64,000 nucleotides of DNA from a virus (taxonomy: Duplodnaviria > Caudoviricetes). The first letter of the stretch is position 1. The number at the start of each line of letters is the position of its first letter. Positions 55,801 through 64,000 of the stretch are shown here, one piece after another. The stretch lies in the IMG/VR virus record IMGVR_UViG_3300022752_000002, positions 883 through 64,882 of that record; one strand, 5' to 3'. A program made the position numbers and the translations under genes. The notes below the pieces were generated by a model. The model had not been told where the DNA came from, did no database searches, and was given only the letters and a program-made list of their open reading frames with translations.

Positions 55801-58800
55801 GGGCTAAACCATCTTCAGCAACTGCTAGGCTGGCCGAAATTTCAGCAACCTTGTTTCTTGCCTCTGCCTCAAGGTCGCGCCTGTCAATGGCGGTTATTGG
55901 AGCTAAAACTGCCTTTCTAGCTGTATCTTCTGGGTTGAACGGCTTTCTGCCCTGCAAGGATCTGCCAGCCGCCGTTCCCGATTTGTCGTACTGCCTTTGG
56001 AGGTAAAGAAACTCGTTGATTTGCCTGTCATCGCCAGATTGAAATGCTTCGTAAGCGAGCTGGTTAAGCTCACGTTGGGCCGCATAATCCTCGTCCTTGG
56101 TGAGAGTTTCGTCCTCGTCCAAGTTGGCCAGCCTGTTAAAGATTCGCTCTTTTGAGATTCCGGAGGCTTTTGAGGCCGCCTCTATGTCGGTAAATGGCTC
56201 CGGGCGAGGGGAGGCCTCTTGGGATGCCCGGATGACTGCGCTGGCCTCGGGGGTATTGCCGTAGTCAACAAGGCCACGCCTTTCTCCAACAGACTCGTCA
56301 CGAAGCGCAGCCTGAATCTCTTCATTTGTAATCCAGTCTCCGTCGAGAGCCTGCTGAAGCTCGTCATCTGTCATCATGTCCGGCATTCTTGAGAACAGGG
56401 CCTGACCGGATGTAGAGATGTCCTTTGCCATCTCTGGGGTGATATCGATTCTGTATATGGAGCTTCTTTTTGTCGGGGGTTTTACAACAAGCCTTCCGCC
56501 CAAAAGCGATGCCCTGAATTCTTTCGCCCCGGGCCAACTGGAATCAAGGTCTCCTCGGGAGTTTACCCTCTCCCGAAATCTGCCATCTGCATTATACCTT
56601 AATAGGTTTTCAGAAATGAGGGTAGCCGTACTCGCCACACCATTCAGCTCAATATCATCCTCTGCCATTGGCGTATTTTGATCGAGCGGAAATTCGACAG
56701 GGTTAGACCGGTTTTTTTCTCTGCGTATAAACCCGGCAATCTTGTTAATTGCGCTTATCTGTTGCTCTTTAAGCTCTTGAAATTCGAATCCACTATTGGA
56801 CAGCGGCCATTCTCCTGTTCTATCAAGTTCATTTAGCCACTCGCGCAATGATTTTGCGAATACCACAGCTTCTTGATTCCGCTTTATGTCAAAAGGCCTT
56901 CCGATAAGTCCATAATTGTCAAAGGAGTATTCAATCCTTTCTATCATTGGATAGAGCTTATTAATTCCAGTATTTTTTCGATTATTTTTTAGAAGGGCTG
57001 CATACATTTGAGAGGCAATCCCTTCCCTTGCATCCGCCACGATATTTGGGAGGGTCGTTGATAAGTTTGTGCTAAAATTTTCGTCAAACCCAATATCAAG
57101 CATTGTTGCCTTAATTACATTGCTATCATCAGTGCCAATTGCTTGTACCAACCTGTTCCTGTCCTCAATGATTTTTAGGCCGGCGGACACGGCAAGTCTG
57201 GCCTCTTGCTTGGTCAGCCCATCAAGGGCTGCATCTATGCTTGTCTTGAGGATGACGGACTCAATTACGTCAGGGATGGGGCCCTCATATTGCTCGACTG
57301 GCCCAGTGCTTACATCGTCCTTCTTGATTTTACCTCCCCATTTGGAGACGTATTTTGATATCTGCTGGTAAATGGTTTTGTCGTAAAGATTTCTGAGTTT
57401 TTGCGAGCCGAACTCAAGGTTTTCACCCTGAAGGTCAAGAATTCTGCTTTGCGCAATTTTATGCTCTTGCTCGTCTGTGGGGGAAAATGCGGATTCCTCT
57501 ACCCCAACTTCTGCAGCCCGTCGCATTAAATCGTCGTATGGCTCAATAAAATTAAAGTCAGCCCCAGCAAGCGGAGTGATCGCCATAGCCTTTTCGGCAA
57601 TTGGTTTTCCAACTAATCCGGAAAGTTTTTTGCCATCAACAATGTCTTTCTTGATAATGCGTCCGTCCTTGTATGCCGCTATTGCGTAAAGAATCTCTTC
57701 TTTTGGTGCGGTTGATTCGTTATTAGGCCTCGTGCCCCCGAAAGGAGTATCCCTTTTGTTGTCTTGCTGAATCTCGTCAAGAAGAGTTCCGGTCTCGTTG
57801 TCTGATACGGCAGGAAACCTATCTACCCTTGAGTGGGCAATGTAGCTTTTCCCCTCAAAGTGCTGGCCGGACTCCTCGGATCGGCTGTATGTCGGGTCTA
57901 TCTGTCTCCCGGTCTTAAACGGAAGGATCCTGATTCTATCAACCAGTTCTGTTCTGTTGTATCTTTCAATCTGCGAGTCGCCAGTTGAAAATCCAATCCA
58001 TTTGTCGCCACGCTCAATGCTTTTTGCAAGCTCGAGCTTAAACATTTGCAGATAAGGCGATCCTCCCTGAGGCTTTGTGGATTCGATATAGTCCAAAGCC
58101 CTCTCAAAGTCAGACCCTTCGCTTATTGTTCCGGTGAGGTATCTTGGAAGCGTTTCAAGAGGAACCTTGGTTTTGCTGATAACCGCATATTTTCCTGTGT
58201 AGTTTTTCTGAAACTGCTCTTTTAGTTGTTCACTTGAAAATATTGGCGCGATCCCCAGCCCTGACGGGGCCTGAGATGCCCTAATTGACTCTCGCCCGCC
58301 GATTTCACCAAGGCTTGTTTCAACAAGATCCGTATATCCCTCGGTCAGCTTCTTCCAAGCCTCCTCGCTCATGATGGCCGATCTTCGCGGGTTGCCTTGT
58401 TCTCCAGATATAAAAAGCATTGCATTGCTGGCTGGCTTGACTTCCGCAATCACATAATTGCCATTACCAAGAATTTCCGCTTTCTTTTGTTCTGAAACCC
58501 TGCTCCAAAGCTCCGGAGGCCTTCTATCAATAATCCTTGAGCTTGGATCTGCGAACCGCAGAACCCTCTCTGCGTAATCTTGACCGCGCTTGTTGCTTGG
58601 GGCATCGCGAGTTTCGCGAGTGAGCATTCCTCGTGTACCGTATGCTGAATATTTTGCGTTTGGCCCGGTTAATGTTTCTACAAAGAACAAATTGCCCAAC
58701 GCATTCTTAACCTTTTGGATAAGCAAATCCTTGTCTACTCGTCTGTTTTCAGGATTTGGGCCTGATTCAGTAGTTGCCTCTTCCACGAGGCCCTCAAAAT

Positions 58801-61800
58801 CGACCCACCTAAGCTCTTCGGCGCGAACTCCCGGGGTTTTTGTGGCTATATCCATCACCTGACCGATGGTTGCCTTTGATGGCATCTTGGTCTCGATGGC
58901 ATCTATAAGCCTTGAGTAGAACTTCGCGAAGGCCTTTCCGCTATGCCCAATCGCTCCTCCAATATAAACAGGGATGTCTGGAGTCCTTGCATCCAAGCTT
59001 AGTCCGCCAAAGTCAAATTCGTCCTGAACGGCCTTGGCGGCCTCGGCTCTTCCGGCTGTTGCCCTGCGAAGTAGGTTTGGAATGTCAAATAAGCGAAGTT
59101 GAACCGGTATTGGCCAGTTAAACTTAATGGCCATGGACTCGATCCTTTCAAACATATCAAGGTCTTTTGGCTCAAATTCGCCTGATTTAATCTTGTCTCT
59201 CAGCTCGGAGTATTTGGCAAAAAGACGAGCAGGGGGGAGGTCTGGGACGCGGGCCTCAAGGGAAAACCCAGAAGATTGATCGACGGCTTTGCGAAATTCA
59301 TATCTCTGTTCTGCGGCCGTTTGGAGCATCCGATTGCGTGAAAATAGGCTGTTATATTCTTCCAGCCTTTTGCTTTCTTCGGCTGTAAGTGGATTCTTTA
59401 ATTCAAGCCGTTTCTTTGATGAATAAATTGAATCAATAGCCGAAAGCGCCTTTTTATAGGCCTGTTTAAAACGTATTCTTGCAATATTGTCCGGCCTATA
59501 ATATTCATCGATGCCAAGCGCATTTGCTATTTCCCGAAAGCTCATTCCGTCAATTCGCATCTGAATAACTGAAAGTTCATTCTCGTTGAGGAACTGAGTT
59601 ATTGCCCCTAACTCATCCGTCTGGAAGAAGTCTGGAACTCGAGCTTCAAGGCCAAGCTCGAGCTGTCCGGTTGCCTGTATGGTCGTTTCTCGAATGTCCT
59701 TTTCGTTTTGAACTCGCTCTCTGGCGATTGTTTCAATTGTCTGTCCACCCATGTCGCTCGACAAAAAGCGGTTGTAATCCGCAAGCTTTTCCATGTCTTC
59801 GTCTACGCCGGGATAGACTCTTCTTTGGCTTAATTTTTCTGCAAGTTGGTTCCTTACTGCGTAGATTTGGTCAACCGCGAAAAGCATCCTTGAAACTGCC
59901 TCACTATATCTTGTCCTAATGATGTTATCTCTTCGGTCAACCTGATCGTCCTCAATTCCGTACTCATCCGCAATATCCTCAAAAGACATTCCCTGCGCTC
60001 TTTTTTGGAGCAGATCCATCATTGCTGAATTGATGAAGCGGCTCAGAACGCTCGATACTGGCTGATTTTCGGCAAGCAGGGTTTCCTGAAGATTGGCGGC
60101 CTCTTCAGCTCTTTCATCAAGCTCGTTACCGGTGGCCGGATTGACAAATTTACGCTCAACAATTCCCTCCGTGTCTTCCTCATCCCGAATCTCTGTTGGC
60201 CGCATTGCTCTTGCTTCGGCTGAGGTGACCACAAGAGAGCGGCCTTGGTCGTCGTAGTTTCCGACCAGCTTTCGGATGTGGTTTTCAATAGCCCGCATCA
60301 GGAAGTTGTTGAGCCTGATTTCCTCCCTAGCTCCGGATATGTGCCTCTGCTCAAACCCCAGCTTTTTATCCGCCTCAGTCATTGCGTTTGTGACATCTTC
60401 CAGCGATGGATTCTTGTTTCCGCCGGCCAAAAGATTGCGGATGATGCGCTGGACAAATGCCTTTCTTGCCTCGGCAAAAAGGTTTATGTCCTGCTGAGTG
60501 GCCCCAAGCCTTGTGTTAAGGAAGTCCTTGGATATCTGCTTGCCTGTCTCTGATTTGGAAAGAACATCGATGATCTTGTCATACGCAATTTCTCGGAACT
60601 GCTCTTCCCCATATCCTCTTGCAAAGAAACGATCCACAGGGGTCATGCCTGACGAACTAGCCTTATTAATCAGGTAGGTGATTATCTTGCCGCCGGGCCT
60701 GATCCTTCGGTTGCCTTCTTCGTTGATTGGGTCGTAGGTGGTTTCTTCTTCACCGGTTTCAGCATTTGCAACCCTTGTAATCCTTGCTCTTGAGATGCCC
60801 TCCATTGGGGCGATCTCTTGGGCGATAAGGTAAGCGTTCTTTATGGATTCTTCGGTTGCGCCCGTCTCCGGGCCGTCGTCGCTTTCTGGCTCTTCAGAGG
60901 ATTCAAACAAGTCCACGTCGGGCGTTCTGGCTCGAAGTGAAAGGGCTCGACGGCCCGGGAACATGAAGTCTGGAACCCTTGCCATAAGTTCGGATATCGT
61001 CTGGCTTTGCCCCGGGAAAATGGGGGCAGGGGGCTTGGATCCTTCTGGGTAAATTGCGCCGGCCTTGTCGAGGGCAAGGCGGATAAGATTCAGGTTTGTC
61101 TTTGGCTCAAATCGAGTTTCCATGCCCGGTAGCATTGTCTCTCCGCGCTCTCGGAAGATGCTGGCCACAAACTCGGAGTAGTTAGCCAAGAAGGCGGCTA
61201 CTCTTTCTGGGGATCCCTTGATGCCGTGGGCATTGTCAATCGTGGCAAGTTGGCCGGCGACCCCAGTAACCGAGGAAAGCCTTCCCTCGCGGACAACAGG
61301 GATCAGGACCATTGCCTGCATGGGGCTGATAGAACCAAAAATCTTTGACTGGCTTACATAGTCCTCATAGTTGGCGAGGCTAACCATGGCGCGAGCTCTG
61401 TCGTTGCCACTCTTGCTGGCGGCGGCGTCCCGCTCTGCCCGATAAGCCAAATAATCAGCAATTGAATTCTGAATGGCAGTAAGCGGATTGGCCATGCGGG
61501 CCTCTTCGCCAAGCTCGTTTTCATACTTCTTGAAATCTCTTTTGACGTTAAAGAGGGAAACCGATGCCTTCTCGAGCCCTTGACGGAAGGTTTCAAGCCC
61601 GTTGTTCCGGGCAATGGTCGGGGATACGAGCATGTTGATTGTGTCAAACGTCTGCTTGTTGAGGAGCATTTCACCATTTTCATTTTCAGGAGCGAAAACG
61701 AATGCAAGGATTGCCCTGCGGATTCGGCCTTCAAAAGCCGGCTGATACACCCCGTTCTCGTAAAGGTTTCTGTCCGAGCTAAAGATTTTAAGCCATTTTT

Positions 61801-64000
61801 CTAGGATTTCGTCGTTTTGGCCGGCAGGGGAGCCGTCTTGGTTGAGAAGACTCGGCACTCCGTTGACCAGCACTTCCTTGGGAAGGCTAAGGCTTGGGTC
61901 GTCCCGGATCTCAAGGGCATCGGCAAGCGCAATTTCTGCATTGTTTTCGTTGCCCGTTCCGAGGTTTGCATCTCTGGCAATACGCCGAAGTTGCTGTTTC
62001 TCGGTTCCGAGAGACGGATTCTTTGTGTTGTTCCAGTCAATTTTCCTTACGAGAACAGGCTTTTGTCCGGAGGCTATGATTTCATCCACTTTGCCGGCCA
62101 GATCAGGGTACTTGACCTTCAGGCGGTTTGCGTAGTCGGCAACCCTCTCGTCGGATGCCATTTCATACCCGCCCTTGCGCCCGTGGCCGGCGACAATATC
62201 AAAACCCTGCTGACTGACCGCATAGGGGTTGTCCTTGGCCTCAATGACAGTAATCGGCCCGGTATCCAGCTCGGTTGTGTCTGTCGAGGCGGCTCCGTCT
62301 TTATCCCAGTCCCTTCCAATCTCTGCAATTTTGGAGGCATAAGCGGAATCACCTTGACGGCTTCGCAGCTGAAGCTCTGTCCCAGCCATGTCGTTAAGGC
62401 TGTTTAGCGGGACAACCTCAAGGTCATAACGTGTCACGCCATACTCGGTCTTCCTTGTGTTGGTTGACTTCAAGCCTTTGGTTTGTGCGGCTTGAGCGGA
62501 TGGGGCAGGGGATGGGGCAATAAGCCTTTGTCTGGCATCTTCCGGAGACATCCTTGAGATTTCCTCCGGTGAAAGTCCCGCATCCCGAAGCCTGCGGGTG
62601 GTGGCATTATCTAGCGTTGGCTGGACTTCCTGCCGGCCGCCCGGTTCCTTCATTTCCAAAACGTCATTGATTGACTGGATTAACCCATCAAGCTCGTCGG
62701 CAACTTCGGGAGATGCATCACGAAGGCCCCTGCGAATACCCTGAATCGCCCTTAAAACAGAGCGAAGATAGTCCTTGATAGTCTGCATCACGCTCGCCAG
62801 AACGCCACCGCCCTTTTGTGCGTTGATAACCTCAACAGAGGATTCTGTTAGTCTGCTCTTCTGGCCAAGCTGTCGAACAAGCTCTCCCATCAGCGTAAAA
62901 TCGCTGATCCTGTTTTCCTCGGCCCACTGCATGAATTCCTCTGCCGTGTACCCACCCTCCTTCATGGGCGGACCCTTGTCCCCCATATAGACGGAGGCCG
63001 AGCTCATTAGGCCCTCAAGAATCCGCCCGTCCTGCTTGGATGCCTCGAAGATGCTTCGGTAGAGCCGAGACCTTTCCTCGTTGTAAAACTGGAGGTAGTC
63101 GGTTCTGCCGGCTTCCTTTGCTTTGAGCGCGCCGGCGACAAAGTCGGCCATGTGGCGGAATTCCTCATTGACGGCCCGGTTTGTGTACTCGGGGGACTTG
63201 CCATCGAGGGCAACAAACATTCTTGGGTTAATCGTCAGGGAGATGTCGCCATCCTGATTGAAGCTGGCCCGAAATGCCGTTTTGGCATTTGAATCCTCCT
63301 TCAGGCCAATACCAATTCCGTAGATTGACCTAACCTCTCCGGCGAACCTTTGAAACCTATTTCTTGCGCTTAAGTATCTTTCTTTTGGGTTTTTGCCTTC
63401 AAGGCGGCGCATGTATGGGTTGGCAACTCCAGCCACCCTTGCTCTCTGTTGTTCATTTGTGGAGAGCAGGGCAAGCGGCTCTTCACCAACCAAGTCCTGC
63501 TGTTCTGCCGGCCTGACTGCGCCAATAGAATAGTTTTTTGCCCCTTCGCTCTTCAGCCTTTGGATGGCCTGCATGCGGGCTCGGTCTTCATTTTCGGCCT
63601 CAATCGTGAACGTTCCCCCTGCCTTGCCCTTCTTATATTCAACCGCCCAAGTTGTGGTTGTTTTTGGAGCCCGCTCCGCTGGTGTTTGGGCTTCCGGAGA
63701 AGCCATTTGCGATCTGGCCAACTCCTCTTTTTGAGCGCGAATTTCGTCAGCTGGGGCAACCTCATCAAGCTTCGGCGGCTCCTGACCAAGTTGGGCTGGG
63801 GCATTTTCATCAAGAAGGTTCTGATTGCTTGCAACGATAGACTCAAGGTTCTTGGCCTTTCCTCCCAAGAATCTCATAAACGCCGGCGATACAATTGTCT
63901 TTCCGTCCTCTGTTTGCTGAAAGAGCTTCGTCCCTCCGACTTTCCCCTTGGTCTCAACATCGGTGAGGGGAGCCCCAATTGAGAATTTGGCCACGGCTAA
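52862..64000 (-). CDS. Giant polyvalent internal virion protein (>3712 aa; frame open at the window end)
   Basis: Reads TTA GCC GTG upstream of the called start, so it is 5'-truncated. Contains EEFRH zincin-like, ParB-like GHGR and sigma70 region 4-like HTH segments plus a helical C-terminal virion domain. Confidence 0.85.
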   Translation of the reverse strand, partial: LAVAKFSIGAPLTDVETKGKVGGTKLFQQTEDGKTIVSPAFMRFLGGKAKNLESIVASNQNLLDENAPAQLGQEPPKLDEVAPADEIRAQKEELARSQMASPEAQTPAERAPKTTTTWAVEYKKGKAGGTFTIEAENEDRARMQAIQRLKSEGAKNYSIGAVRPAEQQDLVGEEPLALLSTNEQQRARVAGVANPYMRRLEGKNPKERYLSARNRFQRFAGEVRSIYGIGIGLKEDSNAKTAFRASFNQDGDISLTINPRMFVALDGKSPEYTNRAVNEEFRHMADFVAGALKAKEAGRTDYLQFYNEERSRLYRSIFEASKQDGRILEGLMSSASVYMGDKGPPMKEGGYTAEEFMQWAEENRISDFTLMGELVRQLGQKSRLTESSVEVINAQKGGGVLASVMQTIKDYLRSVLRAIQGIRRGLRDASPEVADELDGLIQSINDVLEMKEPGGRQEVQPTLDNATTRRLRDAGLSPEEISRMSPEDARQRLIAPSPAPSAQAAQTKGLKSTNTRKTEYGVTRYDLEVVPLNSLNDMAGTELQLRSRQGDSAYASKIAEIGRDWDKDGAASTDTTELDTGPITVIEAKDNPYAVSQQGFDIVAGHGRKGGYEMASDERVADYANRLKVKYPDLAGKVDEIIASGQKPVLVRKIDWNNTKNPSLGTEKQQLRRIARDANLGTGNENNAEIALADALEIRDDPSLSLPKEVLVNGVPSLLNQDGSPAGQNDEILEKWLKIFSSDRNLYENGVYQPAFEGRIRRAILAFVFAPENENGEMLLNKQTFDTINMLVSPTIARNNGLETFRQGLEKASVSLFNVKRDFKKYENELGEEARMANPLTAIQNSIADYLAYRAERDAAASKSGNDRARAMVSLANYEDYVSQSKIFGSISPMQAMVLIPVVREGRLSSVTGVAGQLATIDNAHGIKGSPERVAAFLANYSEFVASIFRERGETMLPGMETRFEPKTNLNLIRLALDKAGAIYPEGSKPPAPIFPGQSQTISELMARVPDFMFPGRRALSLRARTPDVDLFESSEEPESDDGPETGATEESIKNAYLIAQEIAPMEGISRARITRVANAETGEEETTYDPINEEGNRRIRPGGKIITYLINKASSSGMTPVDRFFARGYGEEQFREIAYDKIIDVLSKSETGKQISKDFLNTRLGATQQDINLFAEARKAFVQRIIRNLLAGGNKNPSLEDVTNAMTEADKKLGFEQRHISGAREEIRLNNFLMRAIENHIRKLVGNYDDQGRSLVVTSAEARAMRPTEIRDEEDTEGIVERKFVNPATGNELDERAEEAANLQETLLAENQPVSSVLSRFINSAMMDLLQKRAQGMSFEDIADEYGIEDDQVDRRDNIIRTRYSEAVSRMLFAVDQIYAVRNQLAEKLSQRRVYPGVDEDMEKLADYNRFLSSDMGGQTIETIARERVQNEKDIRETTIQATGQLELGLEARVPDFFQTDELGAITQFLNENELSVIQMRIDGMSFREIANALGIDEYYRPDNIARIRFKQAYKKALSAIDSIYSSKKRLELKNPLTAEESKRLEEYNSLFSRNRMLQTAAEQRYEFRKAVDQSSGFSLEARVPDLPPARLFAKYSELRDKIKSGEFEPKDLDMFERIESMAIKFNWPIPVQLRLFDIPNLLRRATAGRAEAAKAVQDEFDFGGLSLDARTPDIPVYIGGAIGHSGKAFAKFYSRLIDAIETKMPSKATIGQVMDIATKTPGVRAEELRWVDFEGLVEEATTESGPNPENRRVDKDLLIQKVKNALGNLFFVETLTGPNAKYSAYGTRGMLTRETRDAPSNKRGQDYAERVLRFADPSSRIIDRRPPELWSRVSEQKKAEILGNGNYVIAEVKPASNAMLFISGEQGNPRRSAIMSEEAWKKLTEGYTDLVETSLGEIGGRESIRASQAPSGLGIAPIFSSEQLKEQFQKNYTGKYAVISKTKVPLETLPRYLTGTISEGSDFERALDYIESTKPQGGSPYLQMFKLELAKSIERGDKWIGFSTGDSQIERYNRTELVDRIRILPFKTGRQIDPTYSRSEESGQHFEGKSYIAHSRVDRFPAVSDNETGTLLDEIQQDNKRDTPFGGTRPNNESTAPKEEILYAIAAYKDGRIIKKDIVDGKKLSGLVGKPIAEKAMAITPLAGADFNFIEPYDDLMRRAAEVGVEESAFSPTDEQEHKIAQSRILDLQGENLEFGSQKLRNLYDKTIYQQISKYVSKWGGKIKKDDVSTGPVEQYEGPIPDVIESVILKTSIDAALDGLTKQEARLAVSAGLKIIEDRNRLVQAIGTDDSNVIKATMLDIGFDENFSTNLSTTLPNIVADAREGIASQMYAALLKNNRKNTGINKLYPMIERIEYSFDNYGLIGRPFDIKRNQEAVVFAKSLREWLNELDRTGEWPLSNSGFEFQELKEQQISAINKIAGFIRREKNRSNPVEFPLDQNTPMAEDDIELNGVASTATLISENLLRYNADGRFRERVNSRGDLDSSWPGAKEFRASLLGGRLVVKPPTKRSSIYRIDITPEMAKDISTSGQALFSRMPDMMTDDELQQALDGDWITNEEIQAALRDESVGERRGLVDYGNTPEASAVIRASQEASPRPEPFTDIEAASKASGISKERIFNRLANLDEDETLTKDEDYAAQRELNQLAYEAFQSGDDRQINEFLYLQRQYDKSGTAAGRSLQGRKPFNPEDTARKAVLAPITAIDRRDLEAEARNKVAEISASLAVAEDGLAQQKTRARAAYGTNLPKEWADYIAQQEAAIAQMQADIADGGVRAAEKSILERQAKKADQSLQKAGKSLAGIEQENMQKKLRTGQTAGQMLESIKDTQLRDAVQLYLLGYSVKDIEAQTGLKNARNKIKLAILKGLRPEADRRFQRVLEQVRAGKMTRKQLMQAIKKHSEGQGLLAKMPDDPDKDGFSEEEARQLLYDAFGLNTDNLENAESDPLFGYDDPVAAGKINSLISEGINGPASWGKIASDLFSSNIFSGGPSLVANISTIPFAKLSVPIHLFVEALTNYYRGGVRGVTMTETAFEKVPQFDEEGNPAGTRLVPREVDIGTPYKTLGEAIQGGATEALRAFRELGWLGFSKEAWTRATEAFKSETIQFGVEQGIVKTTDIRLREAGVLEKSIPGTTGKVLRAGTNILLAGDEYNKTMRVRAYVGAFAYRLGKARGLSGDALNDYIESELADKTSLTWRLAVDRTLRDTFTQRLSIRGDEELLTPQPMWQKAKGMAKSLRDYQSFGELAGLVPEALTMINMELGRAANRVARTSSIRVFGRTLSPAELALRFAQSFLILIRSPYNIARASAAYSPFAMANVAMRAKRGSAGGRMNAFEYNTLSQRHSEALLGITGLAALFVLAEGDDDDDKKTVLITGSGGVNTKFNNPSASVIIRGFGGGLVIPYGRYEPVSGLAYVIDAARAMKQAMRGRQTGGEAVGAYVMEFFKYPFTKTFAKAVRDLGKLSGWGTPTDTGKYKGYDVMRERLSSLLIPNFFKRLFEPGALTFGDESWDTDRMTGWGPGEMAGWVNSFLPGLPALTGNEDLSLPPRYKADLKPKEREVTGTEAGLKLLGMNERASRLAGGITKGLLPDGLAFMESKKSNLDRFVTAFNSRFPQTRYQPRAPSRFIQMKDKDGISTNEEMTPKEYNTMLALASKYAGSRIDNVLTEERISNPTEATRKMVDSIREDAISRARQAVRNARRANEKKSVEPALVR

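Noticed and set aside
1-64000. tRNA/rRNA genes, DNA polymerase, helicase, reverse transcriptase/DGR, alternative genetic code
   Set aside because: No such signatures recognised by eye; long ORFs are intact in the standard code; tRNAscan and HMM scans are needed to exclude them formally

Overview
The window is most of a tailed dsDNA phage genome (podovirus-like, host unknown), probably circularly permuted. A minus-strand virion module holds tail fibres, TerL and internal virion proteins at 1-9.3 kb, and a giant >3700-aa polyvalent protein, portal, scaffold, major capsid protein, adaptors and lysis genes at 35-64 kb. A plus-strand recombination/replication module lies at 27-35 kb, and a minus-strand array of about 45 small early/accessory genes at 9.3-26 kb. 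The main unexplained signal is a motif, 5'-AAAACA-N4-GG(G/A)TAATT-N5-ATG-3', found 25 times on the minus strand between 12.0 and 26.1 kb. It always sits at the same distance from a start codon, always has a pyrimidine at -1 and leaves no room for a Shine-Dalgarno site. This best fits a non-canonical phage promoter making leaderless mRNAs. The giant virion protein carries sigma70-like region 2/4 segments between repeated L-x-A-R-x-P-D linkers, so it is a candidate injected specificity factor for these promoters. A small serine recombinase at the end of the array offers an alternative cassette-recombination explanation. Other notable items are an unannotated 59-aa histone-fold-like ORF, a GATase/amidoligase pair, an OB-less ligase and three Ser-rich proteins in the lysis region. 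All calls come from motif recognition by eye; no database searches were run.
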